From Balanoglossus misakiensis (lineage: Eukaryota > Animalia > Hemichordata): DNA of 64,000 nucleotides. Made by a program: the position numbers and the translations under genes. This document shows, piece by piece, positions 52,051 through 64,000 of this stretch (positions are counted from its first letter, which is position 1; each line of letters opens with the position of its first letter). The notes under the pieces are model-generated. The model made no database searches, was not told where the DNA came from, and worked only from the letters and a program-made list of their open reading frames with translations. The DNA is taken from positions 9,999,309 through 10,063,308 of the forward strand of contig CM082591.2 of the NCBI GenBank assembly GCA_040954595.2, written 5' to 3'.

Positions 52051-52125
52051 ATGCTGCCTGAAACTGTCTGCGTTTCAACTCGGGATTCTCTTCCTTGTCC
52101 GGGGCGAGTTTAAGACCGCTCAATG
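52051..52125 (+). other. Exon-like module E1a (75 nt)
   Basis: Branch-site consensus TACTAAC at 52021, acceptor TTTGATTCACAG|, donor ATG|GTAAGC. All three are conserved in copy B. Confidence 0.6.
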
Positions 52126-52367
52126 GTAAGCATGACTTGCTTTATATTTGCTTTTATCGGGTGTTGCAACCGAAACAATAGGAAGAAATGTATGTCTACG
52201 AACTAATTTACATATTCCAGCTTTCAATACAATGTACTTGTTTTTTCCCCTTCGAATTCTGGCCTTGATTGCTTGTGATATGATCGTGATGTCATGAATT
52301 AGATGGACAACTCACAAGTTCAAATCTTCACGTGGAGCATAAAATAAATTTGGATGCATTTCCTTAA

Positions 52368-52714
52368 AGGGACAAAGTCTCTCTCTCGCTGCCCTTTTTT
52401 CCATAATTATATTTGATACAAGACACCGTTTGTTATTCTACATGTAGATATATAGTGAATGAACGTTCAGCCACACACAACTTCCGTCCCACTTGTAGAC
52501 ACGAGAGTAAAAATACTCGCCAAAATGAATAATCGTTCTTTACCATTTATTCATTTTGGGCGAGTTTTTACTCTCATATCATACAAGCGGGATGGAAGTT
52601 TTGTGTGGTTGATCATTGATTCACTATATATCCAAATGTACATTAACATAAACAGTGTCTTGTATCAAACATAATTAATGGAAAAAAGGACAGCGAGAGA
52701 GAGACTTTGTCCCT
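52368..52714. mobile_element. Foldback MITE with TTAA TSD and AGG..CCT ends (Kolobok-like)
   Basis: TTAA-AGGGACAAAGTCTCTCTCTCGCTG ... CAGCGAGAGAGAGACTTTGTCCCT-TTAA, palindromic over almost its whole length. The empty site TTCCTTAACCATATAG is present in copy B near 58775. Confidence 0.9.
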
Positions 52715-53052
52715 TTAACCATATAGCTAAAATTACTCCCATACCAATACACAGGGAGATACTTTAACTTTGGCTGAACGTGTGCTAGTCCAACACTATG
52801 CTTAATCAAACTGGCTAAGAGATCTGTTATTATATTAGACGCATGAAGGAAAGTAATGTTGTTTAGAGTGAAATAAAACAATACTTTAGGCCAGAAAGAA
52901 AAATGTAAATAATGACACAAGCAGACTGGAATTTTTTTATGATTCTATATTATACCATGTTTTGCATATTTTCACTAATTTGTATGGCCCACATAATTCT
53001 AAAGCAAGGTTGATTGGTTACTAATTAATATTTGCATATATTTGATTCACAG

Positions 53053-53125
53053 TCTTAAACACAGCATTTCAACGTATGCCGGAGGAGGAAGAGAATACCT
53101 AGGCCTGATCCAAGACCGCTTTCCG
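53053..53125 (+). other. Exon-like module E2a (73 nt)
   Basis: TACTAAT branch-like site, acceptor TTTGATTCACAG|, donor CCG|GTAAGC. It is 73/73 identical to E2b while the flanks differ. Confidence 0.6.
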
Positions 53126-53390
53126 GTAAGCCCTACTTGCTGTATACATGCTCCATAGCTTGTTTGTAAATGCTACCTTTTCCCATCAAATAGTGAAGTC
53201 ACCCTTTTAAAATTATGGTGGTGGCAAGCCACAACTGGTTATCATGAAGAGTTGGACACCACTAATAATCATTTCAATATTTTCCAATTGGTAACCTTTA
53301 TGTACCACTATCCTCAACAATTTCAGTCAACAAGATTCATATTGCGCTGTATAGCAAGGCCAAACAAATATGACTGATTGATAGGGATTT

Positions 53391-53430
53391 TTAGCTCACG
53401 TGATTTTCACGTGAGCTTATAGTTTAGCGA

Positions 53431-53478
<48 letters not shown>

Positions 53479-55668
53479 TGTATACCCGATATCTCAAGAA
53501 CCGCTGAACCGATTTCAACCAAATTTAGTACACATGTTCAGATATCATATGGCAAGAACTGAAAAGGTTTTGGTGGGTGTGGCTTTGATATTAATGAAGT
53601 TATTAAAGTTTTAATTTTTCTATTACATGGTTTTCTATGAGAGCTTTCGTTAATGCCGCATATATGTCCAGTGGAAACGATAGTTTGAGGAGATCGACTG
53701 TTTGAGGGCGCTGTGAAATGAGAAAGTCAAGTTTGGCTGTAGCTTGGGCTGTAGCTGTGTTATAGTATATAGCTCTGTGCTCAGACAGTGTACTCGTCGT
53801 TACAGTTACACAGTTTCAGGATCTAAATGGCAAGAACTGGAAAGGTTTTGGTAGGTGTGGCTTGGATAGTAATGAAATTATCAAATTTTTAATTTGTGAA
53901 ATGAGACATTCCTGGCGATATTGCCGTGGTTCTGTCCATGCTGAGACGCTGTACCCGTCGTTACGAATAACTTCCCTACGTGAATCCACAAGGAAGCTAA
54001 CGTTGTTTAGTTGCTTCATAGAGTGTAAATTGTTAATCTACAGTCAATCTCAAAATGTCACCAGGCTTTCTATTTGTCTATTGTTCAGAGAAAAATAACA
54101 TGGCGGTTGATCACACTAAACAGTAAAATCCGTTTTGTGTGTTTATAGGCAGTCTGTTATCGCCAATACTATATAGCGATTGCTAGATGGCCTACCCAAT
54201 ATGTGATCGAGCGAGAATGATAACATTGAATGTCTGTTCAGATCTCATGCCGTACGTCATACGTCAACATTTCGATTTCGATTTAATCCATTCATAAAGA
54301 ATTTAGAGAAAGTCGTCTTGAATTGTGACCCCGACTATCAATTTTACGATGATTTTTTGGCGACGGAATACACGAGACGCCATTGCATTATAACTAGGTC
54401 AGCTGGACTTCCAAGGTTACCATTTTGTGTGTATGGAATCTTATCACAGAGACCACGTACTTTGACAATATGCCATGCTATATCAATGACGCCCCAGAAA
54501 ATCTGTCGAAAAATGAATTTGTCTTCTCATGGTGGTGCAATATATTTTAATGTCTATTTTGAGGTTGATTTTGGTTTTTGGCTAACATGTATATCAATGT
54601 CAGCTTATAGCAATATTAACTGGAACAATGTTCAAATAGTCAAAATTGAAAAACTTAATAACAGCGGATCAGATTCAGTTAAAAATTGGCGTGCATTGGT
54701 GTGCAAGTACTTTGGGAAGACCTCGTATGATTTTGTTCAGGTGGAGTCAGTATCTGGCGTTTGCTATTTTTTATGAATTTTGGGGGGGAATTTTCTGCAG
54801 TTTTGTTAAAAAAATTTCTTCTCTGAAATTACATGTCCAATTGATTGGAAACTTGGTATGGAGGTTCATAGGGCTTACCTGAATCAAATTTGTGCAAACG
54901 GTGGTGAAATTTGCAAAAATGCATTTTTGGGCAATATTTCCTGTTTTTGTCAAAAAATCAAATCCTGTGAAACTGTAAGTGCAATTGTTTTGATACTTTG
55001 TATTTGGGTTCCTAGGGGTGATCTCAGTCAGATATGATCAAATTGTAATGAAATTTGCATAATTGTATTTTTGGGAATTTCTGCAGGGTTTGGCCAAATA
55101 GTCTTCAGTAAAACCACAAGTCCAATTGATTGGAAACTTTGAATGGGAATTCATATATGTGATATCAGTCAGATTTGTCTGAATTTCCTGTTGTTTGCCA
55201 AAATGTCTTCCTTATTGAAACTTGTTAAAGAGGTTCTTAGGCATGAACAGAAATCAAGACCTGATGTAAACTCAGAATTGAAAAGAAATGTTTTCATTCA
55301 AATATTGTCGAAATATCAATATGTGTGATAGTGTACTTTTCTATCCTGGTTATGGTTTAAATATGGAGTTGTCACAATAATGAAATAATAAGAGGCACTG
55401 ATCAGTATTCAACAATTAGGTTACAAGGGGGAGTGCAGGGGTTTCAAGCTAAACTTATTTTTTGTTATTTGACATCGTCCCTAACCCCTTACAAAAATTG
55501 ACAAGGCAACAATTCCACAAACATGTTTACATTTCACAATGGTGCAACACACAACCCTTACACCATATACAATATAAACCAAAATGGTTTAGCACTGGTT
55601 TTTCTAATCTTGTTATTCTGTCAACCAATCACAGTACTGCACGTGAGCATATTCAGTTAATATCTGGT
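53391..55668 (+). mobile_element. HINE/DINE-1-like non-autonomous Helentron-type element
   Basis: T-rich start, palindrome AGCTCACGTG..CACGTGAGCT, (TG)n at 53435-53477 and internal degenerate repeats. A sub-terminal inverted copy CACGTGAGC lies at 55640, followed by a short hairpin. Absent from copy B. Confidence 0.6.
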
Positions 55669-56870
55669 TCTGAAAATGTGACAAAATCAACAAATCAACA
55701 ATAATCAGTCACCAATCATGCATTATGTGTTATTCGAGGGAACCTGAGCGGGTCCCATAAACCTGCCAACCCATGCTAGCCATGACTTTACAAATGTTTT
55801 CGTCATACTATGCAGAAAATTCTGGCTGCCTTAAATAGGTTTTCACTTTGCGCTAGGTGTCAAATCTCATTGCATTCTGGGCGGAAAGTCCATAACCAAC
55901 TCTAGTAAGAGATAGAAGAAATGATATGTTTACTGTATGTCATGACTTCCTTTGGTCAAACATTTCTGTCTCGGTAGTTAGCATATTAAACTTTTTTCAC
56001 TTTTGCTATTTTTTCTATTAAAAAGTTCAAGAATGACCCATCATCATTTTAGCTTATGAACTCTCATTTCTTTAACATGGCAAAAATCGGCCATCTTGAA
56101 ATTGTCGACCGTATGAGATTTTCATCACTCATTTAGGGTATCTTAAAACGTGTTTAAAGTAGGGAGAATTGTATAGGCATGACTTGGGCTGTAAATTTGA
56201 TGAAATAGCTACATGCCTATTGTTCACAAGCAGCTGACTGTACTGTAAGACTGGAAGTGTTGTTTTCATATTTTACATATTCAATATTTGTAATTAGACC
56301 ATGTCATGTATATCTTGGGGATTGCTCGATCGCAATGTCTCTGCTGGTACAATGTCCTTTTAACATGTTCAGTAATATGGTAGTAATTGTAAGTTTGTGT
56401 GCGGCATTTGTAAATTATTTACAATTTATAAATTATTTTGTAAGTTTCTTCATTCTCAAATTGCTTGCCTAACGTACTGCATTAACATTTACATTTCGGT
56501 ATGATTTTGAGTAGACTTTTTGTTTCAAAATTATTTTCGACACTTTTGGGTGATATGATTTTACATGGAAAATCTGATTTCCCTGTAATTCGGTTGACAG
56601 GATTTTCACCATATCTCTAAATCATGAAGTACATGTATCAGAATTGCATCAGGCCCCCAAAATTCTAGTCGCCTTTGGCAAGTAATATTAGCCATTGATC
56701 TGGGAAAGTTGCAAAAATGTGTTGTCCAAGGACGTTGAAGGTACATGTGGTTTTTACACTTGCTGCATGTTTATAATTTGCAATAGAAATAGACACTCAG
56801 TGCCAGCCCACTATCCCGTCTCCTTATTGCTGACTTGTATGTATGTATGTATGTACGCATTTTATCAGAA

Positions 56871-58300
56871 TTATTAGGTCCCATTTGGTATATGTATTTA
56901 TACCATGGTACCATACGGGATCAGTTGCACCTGTATGTATGGATGTTTGTATGTCCATCAACATCAAACATTTGGAAACTACTGGCATTTCACATTGATA
57001 TTTAATGTGCAGACAGGGCAGTAGATGGGAGTTTGTCTAAGTGAAGTTGTCATTGCCAAAATATGCAAATTAGCTGGGAAAGTGTCAAATTCGTCAAAAC
57101 TTGGGAACTCAACAACTACTGGGCAAATTGCTTTCAAAATTGATAATTGGTATGCATGTACCTTATGGTATCCTCTCACAATTCTACATGTTGTGAGCTA
57201 ATAATGTGAATTTTCTATTTTTAAGCATTTTTTTGTCTCTTTCCACATTGTCGGTAAAAACCTACTTTTCTGGAATTGATCAGCTGACTTGTTTGAAATT
57301 TATTATGAAGCTTCATAGGTGATCTGAGTTACCAACCATAGTTTTGTTTAAATTGTTGCAAAAAATTGCGTATTTATAATTTTGGAGCAATTTTTAGGTC
57401 CCATTTGGTTTATGTACATATATACGATTGGGACCTTATGGAATCAGTTGCATTTGTATGTATGAGTGAATGGATGAAAACCGCTGGGCATATCACTTCC
57501 ATATTTAGTGTGTAGATGCAGGCGGGGCTGTAGATGGGATTTTGTTCAAATGAAATTGTCATTGCCAAAATATTACCTATGTAAATGTGAAATTGGTCAA
57601 AAGTCAGAAACTTGACAACCACTGGTCAGATTGGTATGTCAATGAACCCCATACAGTCCTGTATGTTGTGAGCTAATATTATGAATTTTCTAATGTTTAT
57701 TAATTTTTTTGTCTTTTTCCACGTTATTGGTAAAAAAAAACTTCACTTCTGAAAGCGACAGTCCGACTCCTTCGAAATTTAGTATGAAGCTTCCTATAGG
57801 TGGTCCGAGTTACTATATTTTTGGTTCAGATTGTTGTAAAATAGGCATATTTATAATTTTGAGCAATTTTGCCAATTATGGTCAGAATGCTTTGCAATTT
57901 GGTAGGCAGATTCCCAGGGGTAACCCAAGTAAGATGTCATAAAAATGGTTAAAACTGCGTGCTTGTGTTATTGGGGATATTTTTGGCAATCTTTGTCAAA
58001 AACTGTTTTCTCTTAAACCGTTCAAACCGTTGTCAGATTGCTTTGAATTTTGGCAGGAATGTTCCTTGTAGTGGTTGAAGTAAGATGGTGTACACTTATA
58101 GAGATTTTTGCATATTTGTGTTTTTGCCACTTTTGAACAAATGTGTTTTTCTTTGAAACTGCTTTTTTGATGGCTTTGAAATATGGTAGGAATATTCCTA
58201 GGGGTAACCCAATTTTTTCTGATTGCTTTGGAAGTTAGTTAACAATTTCATAACACATGTACATGTATGTGCAACTTTGATTAAATTCTGGTTGTCAATA
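56871..58300 (+). mobile_element. Second HINE-like family; heads at 56871 and 57391, and also at 61671, 62171 and 63815
   Basis: Recurrent TAGGTCCCA...TGGGACCT palindrome, then (GTAT/GGAT)n, then degenerate internal repeats. Ends are approximate. Confidence 0.55.
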
Positions 58301-58478
58301 TTTAGGTAGTTTGTTGTAAATTTCTTTGTTTTTGGATAGCAAATCTTTTTAACCAATTGCTCAGTTTCTGTGAAAGTTACTGTTAACAAGGAGAGTTAGT
58401 ACACCCAACTTAGACTTTTACACCCAACTTAGAGCTACTATGACTGGTTACTAACTTCTATATCTATTTGATTCACAG

Positions 58479-58553
58479 ATGCTGCCTGAAATTGTCTGCA
58501 TTTCAACTCGGGATTCTCTTCCTCGTCTGGGGCGAGTTTAAGACCGCTCAATG
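58479..58553 (+). other. Exon-like module E1b (75 nt)
   Basis: 71/75 identical to E1a, with splice signals intact. Confidence 0.6.
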
Positions 58554-59730
58554 GTAAGCATGACTTGCTGTATATTTGCTTTTATCGGGCGTGGCACAAC
58601 CGAAACAATAGGAAGCAATGTATGTCTACGAACTAATTTACACCTTCCAGTTATCAATACGTTTTTCCTTCGAATTCTAGCCTCGATTGCCTGTGATATG
58701 ATCATGATGACATGAATTAAATGGTCAAGTTCAAATCTTCATGTGAAGCATAAATTAAATTTGGATGCATTTCCTTAACCATATAGCTAGAAATTACTCC
58801 CATACCAATACACGGGGAGATACCGTAATTTTGGCTGAAAGTGTGCTAGTCCAACACTATGCTTCATCAAACTGGCTAAGAGATCTATTATTATATATAG
58901 ACACATGAAGGAAAGTAATGTTGTTTATAGTGAAATAAAACAATACCTTAGGCCACAAAGAAAAATATAGATCACGACACAAACAGGCTGGAGTTTTTTT
59001 CAAAAATGTGTGCATAAGATAATATTGGCCCATGGTAACCAAAGCCAAAGCAGCCCAGTTCCAAATTCGAAACTCGGCTCAGTACCAGAAACTTGCTCAA
59101 AGCTACCAAATGCACAGAAAGTTTTGAGAATCTAGATGAAAAATCACCAAGCGACTAGTGCGCTTGTCTATGTTCAATGTGTCTTCCCTGGTAACAACAT
59201 GTACTTCCGCCACCATGCCATGAGATATACTGACAGCCACGTTTGAAACATTTTAGTATACTGATATTCAAAGTTTAAATGTAAAGACTTACTTTTCTAT
59301 AGTAAAATAAATGTTTTATAATTGCCAACAATTTACATTCTTGCGCTAATCAGTTGTATGAAAAGTGAGGTGGATCAAATGTAAGTTTCATTTTCACAAC
59401 AAACATAAAGAAATCATTGTACAGTGTTACGTAGATGTCAAAGTGTGTGTACACCTGGCGTTTAGAGATATGATGTCAGTTTCACTTGTCACCTAACTAC
59501 CATGTTTGTGGTATACCCATGTGGACCACTTTACTGCAGTACTGATGTAAATGGAGTTTCAAGATCGCTGTTACAGATTTCTCTGATTCGTATTCCACGT
59601 ACATTATCGCAGCACAGTCTGACCCTATATTATACCATGTTTTGCATATTTTCACTAATTAGCATGGCCCACATAATTCTAAAGCAAGGTTGATTGGTTA
59701 CTAATTGATATGCATATATTTGATTCACAG

Positions 59731-59803
59731 TCTTAAACACAGCATTTCAACGTATGCCGGAGGAGGAAGAGAATACCTAGGCCTGATCCAAGACCGCTTT
59801 CCG
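59731..59803 (+). other. Exon-like module E2b (73 nt)
   Basis: Identical to E2a, with splice signals intact. Confidence 0.6.
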
Positions 59804-60189
59804 GTAAGCACAACTTGCTGTATACATGCTCCATAGCTTGTTTGTAAAGGCTACCTTTTCCCATCAAATAGTGAAGTCGCCCTTTCAACTTACCAGCCCA
59901 AGCTAGCCATGACTTTACAAATGTTTCCGTCATACTATGCAGAAAATTCTGGCTGCCTTAAATAGGTTTTCACTTTGCGCTAGGGGGTCAAATCACATTG
60001 CATTCTGGGCGAAAAGTCCACAACCCACTGTAGTAAGAGATGGAAGAAATGATACATTTTGTGTATTTCATGCTTTGGTCAAACATGTCTGTCTCTGTAG
60101 TTAGCATATTAAACTCATTAAACTTTTTTCACATTTTGTTATTTTGTCTGTTAAAAAGTTCAAGAATGACCCATTATCACTTTAGCTTA

Positions 60190-60971
60190 GGCTTCATTCA
60201 CAAACACCTCTGGAGGGGGGGAGGGGAGAATTCAATTTTTTACTGCTAATTTTCACATGCCCCCCCCCCCCCCCCCGTACACAACCCGAAATATTTTCAA
60301 ATCCCCCACCCTCTTCTGAACTGCCAAAATTTTGAAACCCCCCCCCATTTTCTTTCACAGAGCAAAACACATCACCTATCTATCTTGTAAAAAAGAAAAA
60401 CAGCGCTCCCATGAAAAGATTTTGAAACTGATGTTTCCCCTCATCAGTGGGTATTAAAACTGAACATGGTTTTTATTTTTTAAGTATTTGTATTCTGTGT
60501 TGGGAGACATTGTAAACCGAGAATTGAAGGGGGTGGGTGTGGGAAGGGGTGTCCCCCTCCCACGTAAGAAAATTTTATAAAGTACAGAGCTCAAAGCTGC
60601 ATTTTTATGAACCCGGCAAAAGCAAATTAACTCAACTACCGGTATGTTGGGGAGGATAAATTTAACCGTTGCCGCTCAAAGTTATCATGGGGTGGGGGCA
60701 AGTCCCCTGACCTGGGACACTAGATAAACCAGTCAATGATTGAAAGGTGTTGATGAATGGAGGGGGTGGGTGTGGGAAGGGGTGTAAAATAAAGGGCGCG
60801 AAACTGCATTTTTGTGGACTCAAAATAAATATTTAGTCGTCAAAGTTTTCAAGTCCCCCCCTTTCAGTCCCTAAATTATTTCACATCCCCCCTACATACC
60901 CTCAATTTTTTCGAATCCCTCCCTCAATTCTCCTGCCCCCCCCCCCTCCAGAGGTGTTTGTGAATGCAGCC
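60190..60971. mobile_element. PIF/Harbinger-like MITE (782 bp)
   Basis: TIR GGCT(T/G)CATTCACAAACACCTCTGGAGGGGGG and TTA TSD. The empty site TTAGCTTATGAACTC is present in copy A near 56050. Confidence 0.9.
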
Positions 60972-63886
60972 TTATGAACTCCCATTTCTTTAACATGGCA
61001 AACATCGGCCATCAATTGTCGACCATATGAGATTTGCATCACTCACTAAGGGTAGCTTAAGGGAGAATTGTATAGGCATGACTTGGGCTGTAAATTTGAT
61101 GAAATAGCTACATGCCTATTGTTAACAAGCAGCTGACTGTACTGAAAGACTGGAAGTGTTGTGTACTTATTTTACATATTCAATATTTCTAATTAGACCA
61201 TGTCATGTATATCTTGGGGATTGCTCAATCGCAATGTCTCTGCTGGTACAATTTCCTTTTAACTTGTACAGTAATATGGTAGTGATTGTAAGTTTGTGTG
61301 CGGCATTTGTAAATTATTTTCAATTTATAAATTTTTTGTAAGTTTCTTCATTCTCAAATTGCTTGCCTAACGTACTGCTTTAAAATTTAAATTTTTGTAT
61401 GATTTTGAGTAGACTTTTTGTTTCAAAATTATTTTCGACACTTGACATTTTTGGGTGATATGATTTTACATGGAAAATCTGATTTCCCTGTAATTCGGTT
61501 GACAGGATTTTCACCATATCTCTAAATCATGAAGTACGGTACATGTATCAGAATTGCATCAGGCCCCCAAAATTCTAGTCGCCCTTGGCAAGTAATATTA
61601 GCCATTGTTGTCCAAGGACGTTGAAGGTACAAGTGGTTTTTACACTTACTATGTAGGCATTTTATCAGAATTATTAGGTCCCATTTGGTGCAGGTATATG
61701 TATTTATACCATGGGACCTTATGGGATCAGTTGCACATGTATATATGGATGTCTGTATGGATGTTTGTCTGTATGTCTATCAATATTAAACACTTGGAAA
61801 CCACTGGCATGTGACCTTGATATTTAGTGTGGAGATGCAGGCAGGGCAGTAGGTGGGAGTTGTCAAAATGAAGTTGTCATTGCCAAAATATGCAAATTAG
61901 CTGGGAAAGTGTCAAATTCGTCAAAACTCGGGAACTCGACAACTACTGAGCAAATTGCTTTCAAAATTGAAAATTGGTATTCCTGTAAGTTATGTTAACC
62001 TCACACAGTTCTATATGTTGTGAGCCAATAATGTGAATTTTCTATTTTTTATGTATTTTTTGTCTCTTTCCACATTATTGGTAGAAAATCTTCTTTTCTG
62101 GAATTGATCAGCTGACTTATTTGAAATTTAGTATGAAGCTTCATAGGTGATCTGAGTTATCATAGTTTTGTAAGGTCCCATTTGCTTTACCATGGGACCT
62201 TATGATATCGGTGGATGTATGTATGTATGTCAAAAATATGCAAATTAGCTAGGAAAATGTGAAATTGGTCAAAACTCAAACTCAACAACCACTGGTCACA
62301 TTGATTTGAAAATCAGTATGCATGTACCTTATGTCTACCTCAAACAGTCCTGTATGTTTTGAGCTAATATTATCGATTTTTAATTTTTTATGCCAAAAAT
62401 CTTTTATGCATTTTTTGTATTTTTCCACATTATTGGTAAAGAAATCATCATTTCTAAAAGTTATAGGCCTCATTCTTTAAATTTTAGTATGAAGCTTCTA
62501 ATGCTTGTCTGAGTAACCAAAGTTTTGTTCAAATTGTTGAAAAATTTGCATATTTTAATTTTGAGCAATTTTGCCATTTTTGGTCATTTTTTTTTCTTTA
62601 AAACTGCATGCCAGATTGATTTGGTAGGCATATTCCTAAGGGTAAACTGAGTAAGATGTTGTAAAAATGTGATATTATATATTGTGTTATTGGAGAGGGG
62701 GGGGGGGGGGAGGGTTACTCAAACATTTATAACACCCAGCAACTTTTGGTACTGGCAGTGTTTGTCCTCCAATGATTTCAACATCCTGCTAGGAATACAA
62801 CCTCTCCTCAACTTCATAAATATAGGGCATGACATTGCAGGTTTTTTTAGAACACTGTTTAAAATAACCCTCATCAAGCCTGTTAACTTATTTAGACAGA
62901 CTATTATCCAGAATGAAACGAAACATGAATGCAATAAAAAGATCTTGTGCAATAAAAACCAAGTTGATCATAACAATTATTTGCTACGTACAACATGTAC
63001 ATCACTAATAGAAGTTATGGCTATAAGCATAAACCTGTTTGTTTTGCTATCTTCACTATTCATGTTATCTGACTATATTAATACATTTGCAAGCATACTG
63101 TTTCAGACATAGCGAATTTGATAAACATCTACAAATATATTTTTACCTGTTGAAGTTATCAAAATCCAGACACTTGACAAAAGTAGATTTTTCATCCCCT
63201 CTATAGATTGATAGTCTAACATAACAGGCAATCTGTTTCTAACAACTGCAGAAGCCTTCATAAAAAGTTGTTGGCCAGAATGAAAGCTTGGGGGGACGTA
63301 GGATTTCCTACTTTTTAGGTTATTTTTTCTATGGCCCCAAAAAGTTATGACACAAAATTGATGACCCCCCTTGGAATTTATAATCCCCCCCCCCTTATCA
63401 TACCCTGTCCATATTCTTATAAATGTCAATAAACGCCATACGGTCCTGTATGTTTTGTTTTGAGCTAATATTATGAATTTTCTATTTTTATTGTTTTGTC
63501 TTTTACTGCATTATTGGTAAAAAAAATCTTCCTTTCTGAAAGCGATAGTTTTTGTTCAAATTGCAAATTGTTGTGAAATTGGTATATTTATAATTTTGAG
63601 CAATTTGTATCCATATTCAAATAAATATGAAAAGAAATTTCTCACAGATATTATTTACTTTGATAATACTATCATTCGTGCAACAACTAATCAATCAAAC
63701 AGTCAATAATCATAAATTGGGAGTTCAAAAATATCTATGAGGGAGATTTAAAACCCTGTTAGCAACAACTATTTGCCATGTTTTCAGTATTAATGTTTTG
63801 TGTAGCTTCTGCAGTTTTTAGGTCCCATTTGGTATGTACCATGGGCCTTATGGAATCAGTTGCGTCTGTATTTATGTATGGATGTA

Positions 63887-64000
63887 CTGTATTTTCGCGA
63901 GTTAAATTTTTCGCGATATCGAGAGAGGCCACTGTATCGCGAGTATTAATTTTCGCGTTCTCTTATTTCATTCACTGCATCGTTAACTTCAAAAACAATT
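63887..64000. mobile_element. Probable left end of a Tc1/mariner-type MITE
   Basis: TA-CTGT start interrupting a GTAT microsatellite, followed by repeated TTTTCGCG motifs. The other end is outside the window. Confidence 0.35.

Larger units (their letters stand above)
52003..63600. repeat. Tandem segmental duplication: copy A ~52003-58430, copy B ~58431-63600
   Basis: Collinear blocks: 52003/58431, 52945/59625, 55775/59902, 56055/60975, 56871/61671. The copies are diverged and carry copy-specific insertions. The right end is approximate. Confidence 0.9.

Noticed and set aside
62669-63429. ORFs of 77-147 aa here and at 54318-54776
   Set aside because: AT-rich, repeat-derived sequence with no motifs, and not preserved in the duplicated copy.

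Overview
Eukaryotic DNA, by repeat style probably from an invertebrate animal (inference); no prokaryotic genes are visible. The window has three parts. (1) 1-~3990 is an apparently intact DIRS-order (tyrosine-recombinase) retrotransposon on the minus strand, with gag (CCHC), RT-RNaseH-methylase-like pol and a YR that runs off the left edge. gag and pol are in one frame separated only by TGA-CTA (possible readthrough), and the YR frame starts at a splice-acceptor-like site. (2) 5073-50780 is a 45.7 kb macrosatellite of 17 full ~2515-bp units plus a 647-bp partial unit. The units look non-coding and contain nested MITEs. Two units carry the same 1.18-kb P-like insertion, one has a transposon excision footprint and one has a 102-bp deletion. 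(3) 50780-64000 is repeat-rich, with a ~6.4-kb tandem segmental duplication and five paralogous exon-like modules (acceptor TTGAxxCACAG, donor GTAAGC) whose central segments are hairpins or antisense to each other. All alignments were done by eye; no database search was possible.
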